From contig OZ025723.1 of the NCBI GenBank assembly GCA_964019335.1, positions 1 to 64,000 of the forward strand: 64,000 bases of DNA, written 5' to 3'. The notes under the pieces are model-generated. The model was not told the origin of the DNA, searched no databases, and saw only the letters and a program-made list of their open reading frames with translations. Of this stretch, positions 46,015-59,700 are shown piece after piece. Numbering within the stretch: the stretch's first letter is position 1; every line of letters begins with the position of its first letter. The position numbers were made by a program, and so were the translations under genes. The DNA comes from Diplonema japonicum (lineage: Eukaryota; Protista; Euglenozoa: Diplonemea).

Positions 46015-49000
46015 ATGACCACGTGCATCGAGCAGATCGCGATCTCCGGGATCAGATCGTTCAACCCTGATGTGTCGCAACGACAAGGGATAAGGTTCCA
46101 GAAGCCTGTGACGATCATCCTAGGTCCGAACGGGAGTGGGAAGACGACCGTGATCGAAGCACTAAGGAACGCCTGCACAGGGGAAGTGCCCACAAACACA
46201 GGGAAAGGGGCAGCCTTCATACATGATCCCAAGATAGCAGGGGAGACCGAAGTGAAGGCGCAGATCAAGCTGCAATTCAGGACAGCGACAGACCAACAGA
46301 TGCTGATCGGGAGGAGCTACCAGCTGACACAACTAGCAAACAAGCAGAAGTTCGAGACGCTAGACGTGTCACTACAGACCCGCGACCCAAAGACAGGCAA
46401 GGTGGTGTCGCAGTCCTACAAGTGCTCCGACATAGACAAACTGGTGCCCGACCTCCTCGGGATCTCTAAGCCCATCCTCGACAACGTCATCTTTCTCCAC
46501 CAAGACGACACCAACTGGCCCCTAGCCGAGGCGGCAAAGCTGAAGAAGAAATTCGACGACATTTTCAGTTCAACACGCTACACCAAAGCCCTTGAAGAGA
46601 TCAGGAAGGTTATGAAGGAGAACAAAGAGAAGATCAAGGAGCACACCGCCAACCTCGCTGTCTTCAAGGAGAAGCGTGGCGTCGCGCACCAGTTGCGCTC
46701 TCAGATAGACGACACGCAGAAAAGGATACAAACGGCCAACGAGCACATGAAGTCCATCGATGTGAAGATCGATAAGGTGCAGGCACAAATCGAGGCGACG
46801 GGGAAGCAAGCCGACGAGATCCAGCAGCTGGAGAGCGACACCATCAGACTGCAGGGCACCGTGGAGGCGTTGGTGCAGCAGCGTGAGGTGATGGGCAGGG
46901 CGTTGCAAGTCATCAGCGAAGAAAGCGACGACAAACTGCAGCAAGCTCTTGAAAAGTTCGATAAACTTTTCACCGAGCTGCGCAACGCAGCTGCAACATG
47001 CGAAGGGCAGCTAAAGGGGCTGCACACCGACGCAAAGAAGGACGAAGAAATCGTCATGAAGCTGAAGAGCGAAAAGGAGTTCCTCGTAGCGCAGGGCCAC
47101 GAACATCAAAGGAAAATCCAGAACCTGCAGTACATCATGGCTGAAGCATCGCGTGTGCATAGCATAGCAATGCCTACTGTGAGCGAAGATAAAATGGACG
47201 AGAGGGAGATTATCAGATTCTTTGACACTTTCAAGACTAAAGTAGAAGGTTTGAAAAGCAAGAGAGAAGCTGTTCGCACGGAGATACGAAGGACGCAGGA
47301 GGACATAGAAAAGATGATATCTGAAGCCAGGCAAAAGAGGGACCACTTGGTTGCCAGCCAGCGTGCCATCGACACGCAAAACGAGACGAGTAGGCCCAAG
47401 CTGCGTGACCTCAAGGACAGGTTCAACATGCTCTCTGCTGCGGAGCAAGAGTTGGAGGACGCGAAGAAGAGGCACTCGGAGCTGGAGAAGGAATACGTAG
47501 AAGGCCAGAAGCACGACAGTGAGACGTCTGCAAATTTGAACAAGCTTCGTGATGAACACCACGAACTGCAGAAGAGCTCAGATACCTTGAAGCTTGAGGC
47601 ACGCTCTAGACGGGACGAGCAGGAGGCGGCACACAAACTCAAAATGCTCCGTGATGAAAAGAATAAGAAGAAAAAAGAAGAAGGTACTACTTTAGCTACC
47701 GCAAAAAAAAGGGGGGGACACCCACTACAGGCACAATGCGGACGGAACTGGAGACGCGCTTCACGCAAGTCGTCGGGAGGAAGATCTCAGCCAATGTATG
47801 AAATATGGGGCGAGGCGAGGATAACACATAAACACAGTACTACGAAGATGTGAACCAGTGCATCGAATCGAAGAAGGCATTGATTGCAAAATCGCAGAAA
47901 CAAGTTACACAAGCTGACAGAGAGGTTGCTGTTGCCAGACAGCAGATAGACCAAACAGTTATGCAAACCAAGAGGTTGAAGCAGGACGTGGCAAACAAAG
48001 AGAACCAGTACTCTGAGCTTGTGAAGGAGTACAACAAACCGCTTCCGGAGCTTCTCACGAAAGCTGAGGCGAAGGAGGAGAAGGACAGGAAGACGGTGGC
48101 GACAATGAAAGCGCTGCAGATGTGCCATGACAACTTCACACAGCAGGCGGAGGAAGAAGAATGCTGCCCTATATGCGCCAGGGGCATGAACGAGTCGGAG
48201 CTGAGTGTCATGACGAAGCACGTGCGTCAAAAACTGCAAGACGTTCCTGCAACCATTGCCAAGAAGGAGGAGGCCCTTGCTAAAACACAGCAGCTTGTGA
48301 AAAAGGTACGCGGACTGCTCCCAGTCCACGGGGACGTGACCCGTATGCAGAAGGAGATCTGCGAAGTCGAGAAAAAGCTGGCGGAGCACAACGACACATA
48401 CGACACGCAGCTTGAAGCGCTGAAGGACCTCACTGCAAAGATGGAAGCCCTCAAGTTTGAAGAAAGGGAATTCCACGACATGCAGAAAGGAGCCGAGAAG
48501 ATAAAGGAAACACACGTGTCAGTCGTGAAGCTGGTAGAAGCGATCACACTAGAAGAGGAGAAGATCGCCGCTCAGTACGGCGGAGGGGTACGCCCTCTGG
48601 ATCTTGTACTGAAAGACATCAACAACATCCAAGAGAAGATGGATTCCATTATCAAGACTCAACAGGAGCTCATGCGCAACGCGGAGGAGAAGCGCAAGGT
48701 AAACACCAACGTGCTGCACCAGCTGCAAAAACAAGCGTCGGCAATGACAAGCAAAAGCAACCAAGTAGAGGAAAGGGGTCGCTTGAAGCTGGAGTACGAA
48801 AGAGTGCTTGAAGATTACAAGAAGGGCAACGCAGAGATCGCTGAGATAAAAGCAAAACTACCTGTGATGGAGGAGCAGCTTGGCAAGTATGAGAGCGACC
48901 TGAAGCGCCAGAGGGAGGCAGGCGATGCCTCGGAGAAAGAGATCACGCAGCAGGTAGAGCAGCACCAGAATGACCTGTCGAGAATCTCAGCACACGTTAC

Positions 49001-50051
49001 TGATATCAAGGCATATATGGAAGACAAGAAAGGCGAGAGGACGGAGGCCATTCTTGGTAAGCTTATCAAACTGGACGACAGTCAGAAAGAGAAGCAGCAT
49101 CGCATTGATGTCACAGAGCAAAAGCTTTCAGAACTGAACAAGAAGGTCAACCAGCAGGATGTCACACGCAGAGAGTTAGAGGCAAACGTACAATACAGGG
49201 AAAAGTGCAACGAGGTGAAGCGATCCGAGCAGAAGCTGCAGAAGCTGAAGCAAATCATCCGTGAGCGGACCAAGGGACACGACGGTGTGTGGCTGTCGCT
49301 TGATAAACTTCGCGAGGAAAAAGGAAGCTTTGACAAAGAGAAGGCTACCTTTGCAGGACAGGCGCAGGCGAATGAAACGCTTCTCAGGGAGAAGCAGAAG
49401 GAGCTGTTCGGTACGAAATACGATAGGATCGACGAGAGGTACAACAGCACTTTGATCCGATTGGCCACGGCGCAGTTAACGGACGAGGACCTGGCGAAGT
49501 ACAGTGTGGCTCTGGACAGTGCGCTGATGCGGTACCACGATGAAAAGATCAAAGAGATCAACGAGATCATCAAAGACTTGTGGATGCGCACCTACAGAGG
49601 GCAGGACATCGACTACATCGAACTGCGCAGCGACGTGGAGGTCTCGACAGCGAGAAGCAGGAACTACAACTACAGGGTGGTGATGGTGAAGGGAGGAACA
49701 CAGTTGGACATGAGGGGCAGGTGCAGTGCCGGTCAAAAGGTTTTAGCCTCCTTGGTGGTACGACTGGCATTAAGTCAGGCGTTCTGTTGCGACTGTGGTA
49801 TCCTCGCACTGGACGAGCCGACCACGAACCTCGACGTAGAGAACATTGACTCGCTTGCCTATGCTCTGACAGAGATCATTGAAACCAGGAGAGGGCAGTC
49901 CAACTTCCAGCTCATCATCATCACGCACGACGAGCAATTCGTGCGGCGCATCGGGAACGCCTGTGGCACTGAGACGGTGTACCACATCAGCAAAGACATC
50001 GAAGGGTCCTACTCCACCATCGTGGAGCGCAGCTTTACCGAGATGATGTAA
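46015..50051 (+). CDS. RAD50: DNA repair protein RAD50 (introns 47684-47730 and 47796-47837)
   Basis: GIRSF, GPNGSGKT, zinc hook CPIC, MRGRCSAGQK, LALDEPTTNLD and IIITHD. The two introns restore the frame. Confidence 0.97.
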
Positions 50052-50164
50052 ACAAGCTCACTTTCCCTTGCGGTCTCCACCGCATTTTTTATCTCATCTA
50101 TCTTGTGGGATACCACATTTCATTTCTCCAATATTGCAACCAGTTGAACGCACTCAAGGTCATC

Positions 50165-51142
50165 ATGGGACACGAGCCGGTGGATGCGGTTAAGGAAGGG
50201 CGCGATGGATGGAAGGAGAGGCGAGACCTACTAAACATGTTCAAAGCAAAGGCGGTAGCGGCAATCAGGACGGAGGCCAAGGGCGAGGGTGTGGTTGCCC
50301 TGAGGGGGCTTGAGAAGGATGAGACGGTGCTTGTAGAACGCGCGGTGTCGAGCACGTGCGACATGCCACTGCCGAAGTACGATGCGTACTGCGCGCACTG
50401 TGGGGAAAAGGATATCAACCAAGCAGCTGCCTTGCAGTGCAAAGATTGTGGCGTGGTGTTTTGTGGTGCCGAGTGCAACGAGGCCTCAGGCACCTGGCAC
50501 CACAGCGGCACCCTTGGGCTATGCAGCAAGGACCTCACAGCACTACTGCACCAGCTGTCAGACCAACTGAAACAAGCCTATTACGCAGCACTGTTGGGAG
50601 CGCCACAGGACGTGGAAGAGGGGTCCATGGGTGCCGAGGAGCTTAAGATCATTCTACAGGTGTTTACCGACTGTATCCTGACAATGAAGTTGGTGTCTAC
50701 TCTGCATGGGATCGATGTGCTGCCAAAGGGGCTGGACACGTGGACACGAGGTCTCAGTGAGGAACAAAAGGAGAGGGGGGAGGCTATCATTGGGAACTTT
50801 CTGTCGAACATCGGCGACTGTGTACAGGGGTTCGACGAGGCGACCTTCATGAAGGCTTACGACGTGTGCGTCACGAACTCCTGGCCTGGGAATTCATCGA
50901 GACACCTATTTGCTGCACACTCGCTGCTGAACCACGCCTGTACACCGAACACGGTCTGCTCCATGATGCCCAAGGCCACCCTAAGAGTGAGCACTCTGGG
51001 GGCACTGCCCTCTGGAGCTGAGCTGTGCATCGACTACACTGATGGCAAGCCACCAAAAAGTTTATCAGAAGAGGAACGAGACGAGCTGGAGGCGCAGTGG
51101 GGGCACCCATGCCTGTGTGCAGAGTGTGCGAAGAGCGAGTAG
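50165..51142 (+). CDS. SET and MYND domain (SMYD-like) lysine methyltransferase
   Basis: KGEGVVA, CAHC...CKDC...FCGAEC, LLNHACTPN, ELCIDY and post-SET CLCAEC. Confidence 0.88.
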   Translation: MGHEPVDAVKEGRDGWKERRDLLNMFKAKAVAAIRTEAKGEGVVALRGLEKDETVLVERAVSSTCDMPLPKYDAYCAHCGEKDINQAAALQCKDCGVVFCGAECNEASGTWHHSGTLGLCSKDLTALLHQLSDQLKQAYYAALLGAPQDVEEGSMGAEELKIILQVFTDCILTMKLVSTLHGIDVLPKGLDTWTRGLSEEQKERGEAIIGNFLSNIGDCVQGFDEATFMKAYDVCVTNSWPGNSSRHLFAAHSLLNHACTPNTVCSMMPKATLRVSTLGALPSGAELCIDYTDGKPPKSLSEEERDELEAQWGHPCLCAECAKSE

Positions 51143-51192
51143 AAGCTGGTTTATTGACACTTCCCTCAACCAACAGCACCGCAGGACTTAAG

Positions 51193-51855
51193 ATGGACGA
51201 TGACCGGTCTACGTACTCGAGGAGGAGCAAGCGGAGCTTAAAGAGCAAGGCGTCTTTCTCGTCTGCGCACAGCAGGGCGAGCAGGGCAGCTAGTACGGCA
51301 AGCACCTCGCGCGGCGTGAGAGAAGTGGAGATGAGGCAGAAGCTGGCAGCGTTGCAAAGGAAACACGTGGAGCTGGCAAGGCAGCAGGAAGTGTATGAGA
51401 AGAAGATCGCAATGTTGGGCCACAACTACAAGGTGGTCGAACATGACTGTGAGATAGAGGCGAAAAATGTTCAAAAGGAGATGCAAGTCATGGAAGCTGA
51501 ACTGGAGAAGGACAAGCTTGTTTCTATCAGCAAAAGAGAAGAGTTGAATGCCTGCGCAACACGAATCATGGAGCTGCGCAAGCAATTCCTAGTCTGCTGC
51601 ACAATGGCGTCGTATAACTTTGTCCCTGCTGAGAAGTCTAGCGAGACCAAGATCGACATCTCTGAGATCCGCACACTCGCCAAAAAGCGCTCCACCATCG
51701 GGGAAGTACCTCCTGAGCCCTCTCCTCTGGCCCTGGCCCTTCGCAAGCATGTCGAGCTCCTTGCCGCAGACATCAAGGATCTTGAGGCAGGGCTCGACGT
51801 GCCTGACAGGCTCATCCCCTCCACACCGGAGCCGGTGGATGATATCATCTTATGA
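51193..51855 (+). CDS. Hypothetical coiled-coil protein
   Basis: ATG shortly after CCGCAG, with a heptad-rich E/K/Q central region. Confidence 0.7.
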   Translation: MDDDRSTYSRRSKRSLKSKASFSSAHSRASRAASTASTSRGVREVEMRQKLAALQRKHVELARQQEVYEKKIAMLGHNYKVVEHDCEIEAKNVQKEMQVMEAELEKDKLVSISKREELNACATRIMELRKQFLVCCTMASYNFVPAEKSSETKIDISEIRTLAKKRSTIGEVPPEPSPLALALRKHVELLAADIKDLEAGLDVPDRLIPSTPEPVDDIIL

Positions 51856-52130
51856 TGGCCCCCTTTACAGAGGGCCATTTAACGTGTTAGAATTAATGTT
51901 AAGTTCTGTTTTCTTTTTCTTCTTCTCGTTCTTTTCGACATATATTAACACCCCCTCGAAGAGCAGAGGATTTGAAAAAGAGAAAAATGCCGAGAAGCTG
52001 CTAAAACAAAAGGAAAAAAAAGGAAAGAGAAATCGGGTAACCAAATAAGCAAAACCAAAAAAAAAAAAAAAAAAGCAACAACAAAACTTCAAAAAGTGGA
52101 AACAACAAAACCAATAGTGCAGCCCACCTG

Positions 52131-55100
52131 ATGAGCGTTCTAGCTCCGGAGCGCGCGTACCAGAAGTTGGGGACGTCGCAAGTGCCATCCGAAAGACACT
52201 TCCGAGAGCTATGCAGCAATGGACTGTACTGCTTCGAGAACGTGGACAAGCTGAACAGAAAAGGAACGGGGAACAAAGCTGCGATTCTGGTCATAACTGG
52301 GAACATGGTGCTGCTGTGCACGAGGAAAGGGATTCTCATGAGGTCGCTCATGTTGCGGGACGTAGAGAAAGTTATGTACGCACAAGAGTCGAACGGGGTG
52401 AAGACTGCCATCATACCATTCAGGCACGTGAGGGACCCGGCCATGATGGTGCTGCTGTCAGGAGCGAACCCATTCCACCCCTTGAAAGTGCTAAGTTACG
52501 TAAGGCAAGTGCACAATGAAGAGCCGTTGAAAGAGGAGAAAGTCGGGGTAGCGTCACTACAGCGGCTTGCGTCGCAGATATCTTTCGAACGCCCAACAGA
52601 CTACATGAAGCCTACATGGGTGGAAAGGAAGCTTAGCGTTGAATCCGCAAGACGGCCGTCCATGCCGCCTGCAGCCAGCCCTATCTTGCCTGTCAACAAC
52701 CCAAGTGCTGCTGTCATGCCCAGGACATTCAAGATCGTCCTTCCTGACAGCTCCACAAGTGTCGGGTTGTCCTTCAGTGTGGCAGGGGGCGTCGTCAAGA
52801 CCACCGCCTGCGAACCGGGCAGCCCTGCCAGTAAGGCAGAGCTGGGCCCAGGTTACATCGTCACCAAAATCAACAACTCTCCCATCAGTACCTACGAGGA
52901 TGTCACCTCCGCCATCACCTCTGCCAAGGCCATGGCATTCGCACCACCTATTACTATCTTCATGGATGCGTACAATCCGGACTGGGCCAACGAACCCGAC
53001 AAGGTCCAATCCTCTGCCTCCCTCCTCCCCCCCAACGACCATGCCAACAAGGCCATCGAGGAACGGGAGCGAGAAGTGGCCGAGAAAGAGAGGGAACTTG
53101 CTGAAAGGGAAGAAAAACTCGCCGTTGCCAGAGAAGCCGAGGAAGCCGCTGCGAGTGAATTACTAAGTGCCGACAAAGTGTACCCCAAGGACACCCTGAA
53201 GAACATCACGACGTTCACCTTCCCGTCGCCCGCAGTGATGCCCTCTGAATCATCGAACTTCGAAGAGTCCGACGAAGGCGAGCCGATCAACCACGCTATT
53301 GACAGGCAGATGAACATGCGGTCGGGACCGGCGATCCTCCCTCCACCGCAGAAGATTTCGTTTGAAGTGGACGACCAGATGGTGGAGTTCATCCCTGAAG
53401 GGCAGGGCATAGGGGAGTACTTGAATGGGGTGAAGATGGGTGTTGCCACTATGTTTGTTTGGGACCCAACAACGCGTTTGCTACACGACCAACGGGGGCA
53501 TGGTGGGACTGTGCCGAAGGACGCACGGCTGTTGGAAAAAATAGCTGCCTTTTGCGATGTGAACAATGTTCCGCTCGACATACAAGGCGAAGGGTTCACA
53601 GTGCAGTACTCCACGCACAGCGGGGACAACCTGCGGTACTGCGCAGACCTTGGCCGACTGGGAGAGTACGTTAACGGTAACAAGATAGGCTACGCAACAG
53701 AGCTAGTATACGACGAGTTCGACGGCACTGTCACCAACCAGGCAGGCTCAGGAGGACAGCTCCCGGAAGCGAACAAGATGGAGCTCCTGCAAAAAATTGC
53801 CAAGCTGTGCGATGCTTGCGATGTCCCCCACAACATCGAAACAGAAGCCATGCTCCTCAAAGAGGCACAGCAGCGCGAGCTGCAAGCTCTGCGTAAGACC
53901 AACGCCGAACTTAAAAAACAGTACATGATCGAGCTGGAGAAGGAGAACTGTGCCATCGAGTCGAAGGAGGTGACACGTATGGAGAACGAGAAGCTACGCG
54001 AGGAAACAGAAACGAAGGCGAAACAGCTTGAGGATCTGGAGAAGCAACTCAAGGATCGAGAGCAGGCGCTCAGTGATCGTGAAAAACGTGCCGAAGACGT
54101 GAAGAACAGTGCAGCATCCCTTTATAAGAAGCTGCACAACCAACTGCGGGACAGCACAGCCATCCCAGAGGACGAGGTGGTCGACACCATTGAGAACATC
54201 AAGAACAACTTCCACTGGTATGACGTGTGCGCCTACTTCCAAGAGGACGGGGGCGACCTGTCGACCGAGCTGCGTGGGCTGTCGGAGCCGACGGTGCGGA
54301 GAATCGAGAAAGTGCTTGAAGAAAAAGGGCTGCGCTTGAGGAAGGCTTCAAAAAGAGCAGATCGCAAGCAAACCTTAGACACCAAGCAAATGGCCCCTGG
54401 ACAGAAGATGCAAGGCAGGGCGGCGCCTTCGTCTTTCTACCCTATGCGTGACGAAGGTGTGAGCGAGTTTGCTGACGAGTCGCAATGGGCAGTGTCTGTC
54501 CCCAGTCCGCACGGGCAGCCTACCTTCCGCCGTACTCTGACACCAACTGTACCTCCTTATCCTATGGCGGCTCAGGTCTCTCAAGCTCCCTTGCGGCAGT
54601 CATGGAACCCTAACCCTGCTAACCTTTCAAACCCCGTTTTCAACAATACCCCCGCTGCCCCAGCTCCCACCCCACAGTACGCAGCAGCACCGCCTCCTCA
54701 GATGCTTCCCACACCCAGGTACATCCCAGAGGCAGTGGCCCCAACATTCACCAGCCCCGAGGTACAAGGCGGGCTGGACACCATGGTGCCCAACTTGACG
54801 AAGGGGAGTGCTTCAACCGACTGGACAGAGACCATCAAGCAGTTGGAAGAGGCACATGATAGGCTCAAGATGTCCGCATCTCCTCAGAGGGCACACGATG
54901 ATGAGGTGTGGGTTTCTTTTTTAATGTCCCCCTTATCTCTAAAACCCGTTTGGTCAATCCTGGACTTGCTCTCTTTAAGAGGAAAATTTCGATAAATCTT
55001 ACAAAAAAAAAAAGGAGGGAGTTGGCTGAAAAAAAAACTTCTAAAAAATTCTAGTGTTCAACCCCGCGGAAATTGGGGGGGGGAGGAAAAAAAAAAAGAA

Positions 55101-55384
55101 AAAAAAAAAAAACAGACACCACGAGTTCATCAGCCAAATTTCTACCAAAACGGGTTTTAGAGATATGGGGCGTTGCTTATTTATTTAAATTTTCTGTATA
55201 ATTAAACACACGAAAGGTGGAGAAGAAGCTGAACCTGCTACGCGGGGGACCTGTGCATGCTATGCATGACGACGTTTTGATCGATTCATCTGATGCTGCC
55301 TACTCGGCCTCGTCGGGCCTGAGCGTCACAAAGCACCCTACTCTGAAGCACAAGTCTGGCGATGTTGCTTGGGACATGCTGTGA
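52131..55384 (+). CDS. PH-like (myosin TH1-like), PDZ, tandem unknown domain and coiled-coil protein; 3' exon structure uncertain
   Basis: ENVDKLNRKG...ILVIT (TH1/PH-like); VGLSFS...EPGSPASKAEL.PG..VTKINN (PDZ). Probable donor at ~54906 and probable last exon ~55217-55384 (VEKKL...WDML*), but I could not reconcile the phases. Confidence 0.7.
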
Positions 55385-56557
55385 ACACAGTGCCTGCCTT
55401 GTCTATTCCTACCCAAGCTGTTTATTTTCTTGTTGTCTTTTGTTCTTTCTACGATACACAACGGGCACCCCACTCGTTCTTATTCTGGTTCTTTTTTTTT
55501 CTTTTTTTGTTGTTGTTTGTTTGTCTTGCAATATCTTTTTTTGAGTTTTTTTTTTTTTTTTCTTTTTTTTTTTGTTTTCTTTTGCAATGTTAACCACCCA
55601 GAGTACAGAATTTCCTCCCTCTCTCCCCTACCTGGAGACTAGCCCGGGAATTAACGTTATATATCTCTAAAATCTGTCAAGCCTCCCCCCTCCCTCCCGT
55701 GCGAACTGCAGAGGTATTGTAAAGATAGTATGAGTGGCCCTTCAGGCACCTTGTTATTGTCGTTGGAGTAAGTGTTGAAAGTTCTTTTTTTTTTTTCCTG
55801 TCTCGGATAATTAGAAGACTTCCATCTCTATGAAGCTCCTTTACCCCCCCCCCCCCCCCCTGACGGGCTTGATGGGTTTTAGAGATATGAGGCGTTAAAA
55901 AAAAATAAGAAACCACGAAAAAAAAGGGGGAACCGTGCGTGATAAAAAAAAGAAAAAGAAGAAAAAAAAAAAGCAACACCAAATAAAGCCGTTATCTTAT
56001 AAGGCTATCAAAAAGAAAGAAAAAGGAAAACAAAAAAAAAAGGGGGAGAAAGAAGAAGGAGAGAGAAAAAAAAAGAAGATGGAGTGCAAACCTTGCCACG
56101 CTTCCTTTCTTGGGGGGTCGTTGCTTTACAGTTTTCCCATCGTGACCCCTTTTTTTTTTCTTCTTCTTTTTCCCGCCCTGTACTTCCCACTGCCCAGATT
56201 CTGTCACCTTTGCGCTTCCTTTCGTTTTCCTCTCTTACCTTCTGTCCTCATAAGGTAGTGACACTTTGTGCATGAGAACGAGTTAACAAGCAGAAAGAAA
56301 GAAAAAGAAAGTCAAAAAAAATAATCCTGCAAGTAGTTGCCTCCTTGGTTTAGTTTCTCTTGTGTATACCCTCCTCCTCCCTTTTCTTTTTCTTTGTTCT
56401 CTCCCACACCCTTGTCTATTTTTTTTTGAAAAAAGTTTTTTTTTTTTTTTTTTTCCCTCAATGAAAAAAAAAAAAAAAAAAAAAAAAAGCAATCCAAAAA
56501 AAAAAAAAAAAAGAATGGGATGTTAATCCCCCCGCTTTTCCTTCCTTAATTGGGGGT

Positions 56558-56596
<39 letters not shown>

Positions 56597-56705
56597 GCTT
56601 TTGGAAGATATTTCTTTACCGAGGGTAAAAAAAAAAAAAAAATCTCAAAAAGAAAATCTCAAAAAAAAAGAAGAGAGGAGAGGAGGAGGAAAAAATGCAA
56701 AAAAC

Positions 56706-59700
56706 ATGACGCTGGTATCAATATTATTACTTAAAACAACAATAATCAGTGGGCTGCTTCCACAGGAGGCTCGAGTGGAATATAAACATGCAAGAGACGC
56801 ATGCAAAAGAGTGGGGAGGGATGTAGTAAGCGATGTGGTGAACATACCAGAAGAAGGGACTTATTGGACAGGTTTAGCTTATGTAGACGAAGATGTTGGG
56901 GTGGTGCACACACGGAGCGGCCAAGAAGGGGTCGCCTGTTCTGTAGAAGGCATTGCTGTAGGCGAGATGCGAAGGGGTAGCAGGCTTGTGTATGCTGATG
57001 GAGTGCTGCGAAGTGCCAAAATAGGTGAACAGGCATCGCCAAGCTGCACTACCTATGGGCACCCTCAGCGCACATCCGAGACCCTTGGCATCGCACTGCC
57101 TGCTTTCACACCCATCGTCACCATCGAGAGCCCCAACACAACGAAGCACTCTATTGCTGACCCTTTCCCTCTTTCCCTGTTCTCGTACTACCCGTCTTTC
57201 CTTGATGAGCTCCATCCAATCTTTCAAGGGCTTCTTTACTACACTACTGGTGATTTAACCCTCGTGCATCCTGCCAGCGAGGCGCTGCCTGGCAGCAACA
57301 TTAATCCGGTTGACCCGAACTGCTTCCGCTCGAGCAACCCCACTGGGATGGCCCTCGGGACCGATGTAGACTTCACCATCGTTGTCAAATTCAGGAGCGA
57401 TATACCACCATTACTTTTCTTGCAAACAGTGCCAATAATGTCCTCTTACACGGACGCAAGCGCAACAAATGGCCCAGGGTGGGCGTTGTTCAGCCGCAGG
57501 TCCTTACTCGGCAGCAGAAAACTCGTGATGACGGTGTCGGGCTTGGAGTGCGTAGTGGACGACACATGGTTACCACCTACCGGTGTGTTCGCGACAATAG
57601 CTGTCGTTGTGGATCGTGCTGGGAGCATCACAATGTACCATGAAGACGGGAGGAGGGAAAAGTGCGACCACGCGCCCCCCGCACCCGCGACCGACGCCCC
57701 CGACACCGCCGTGCCAGCCACCGCCGCCCCACTCGCCCCAGTCCCCGTCCCCCCCTACACAGCCGTCCCTAGTACAGCCGAGCCGACTGCTGTCCCTGCT
57801 CCGGGTAGCATCACTGAGAATTTACAAGGGGACTGGTTCAGCGTGGGCTGTGATACCAGTAGTGGTGGTTCAGATCATTTCCCGGAATTCCAGCTAGCTG
57901 CACTATGGAGGAGGAAGCTGTCAGAGCAAGAGCTCTCCTCAGTCTTGCAAGGGGGCACTGCTTATCCTACTTACCCGGCTGGGAGCTTCACAGATATAAG
58001 CAACCTCCTGTGGATGGGTGCCACGGAGGGGAGCTCCTTCGTCATCCCGCCGTCACTGCCAACCACAGCTGACTGGATGGGCGTCACCTCGCAGTGGGCC
58101 ACAGGCCCCGACCCTTTAGTAGCAGGGCCGAGCAGTGCAGTGTGCGACTTCGACATGTCAGTGAACATGAGTGCCACCCCCACTGTGGAGCTGACCTTCG
58201 ACATCCCGACAGCTGTATTTTTGGTGGAGATATTTAAAGGGGCACCTGTCGAGTGCATCTCGAAGTTACGGTTCTGTTCTGCGTCATCGGTCTGCAGCGA
58301 CCATGACATGACCACGGGTGGCGACACGACCAGCTGCATTGTCACAGCACGCGTGCTTGACCCGAACTTCGCCGTCTCCACGATTGGGATAGAGACAACG
58401 GGGGCAGAGGGCTGTACCCTCGATGCTGTGAGGGTTGAAGGCTTCACGAGGGGGTCTGTGTCGCGAATCCATGCCAAGGGGCTCATAGGTTGGTGGAAGT
58501 TCGACTCCAGCTTAGATGACGAATCGGTGAACGGGTTGACGGGGACAACGTCACCTGCAGCAAAGTACACCCCAGGGCAGGTAGGCAATGCACTCGATCT
58601 GGACAACACCTACACCGTGCAGGTGGGGCCGTTGCCTGTTGCGTTCACAACGCCGTCTTTCACTTTGTGCGTCTGGGCGCGTGGTGCAGGGGAGATCTTT
58701 GCGACATCAATCTTCGCACTGGCCACTGCACCCGGCAGCCTGTCTTTCATCGTTTCGGGGTCACAAGTAACAAGCACGTGGGACATTACAGCACCCACCC
58801 ACGTCTGTGCTGTGTTGGCTACGAAAGAGCTTCACCTGTACGTTGGCGGGGCGCTGCAAAACAGCTCAGTGGTGACTTACCCCGCACTTTTAGACCCCAC
58901 GACTACTGGCAACGTGAGCATAGGCGATGGTTTCGTTGGTTCTTTAGACGAGATCAGGCTGTACAACATGCCCCTCTCCGCAGAAGCCGTTCTGGACTTG
59001 AACACGAACAATAGACAAAACACTGCGCAAGAACTGTCGCCTGTGTGGCATCCAAATGTCACCTACTCGTCAGGCACGTCCCTGGCGACCGACCACATGG
59101 CATGGTGTGTGAAAGTGACTGGAGTTCCGCCCAGCCAAACATGCAATGCTCAAGGAGTCGCAAACAAGACAGGGTGGCTGCCTACCTACCAAGCAAATCG
59201 TGTCGGCTATGGGCATCTAGCAGTGGAATCCGACATTGGCCAAGCGGTCCAACTAGAATGGGCGGCAGAGCAGCTTGACCTGTGGGTGAACGGTGTTGCC
59301 GTTAGCCTCGGAGCCCCTCCAGATGTATCTGGATGCCAGATGTGGGATAAGTGGAGCTACATACCCAAGCAGTTTGTCATTTCGGCGACCTGTAGGAAGA
59401 CGACAAGCACATTCAATTTAAAGGACGGATGGAACACATTACTGTTTAAAGTCACGTCACTAACCAGCAAGGGTCTGTACATGAGCATCAACCCCGCGTC
59501 GGATGTGTTGTGGTCGTACGTCAAGCCGCTTGAAGGTGTTCTGAACCCGAACGCGGTCGATGTTACTGTGACTGCGTCCTGCGGCGACCCAGACTACGGG
59601 GTCCCCTCCAACACCCATACCGTGCAAATGGCTGCTAATGCCACCATACTGTTCAACGAGACATGCTCAGATGTGGAGGTGCAATTGGACGTCGTGGACC

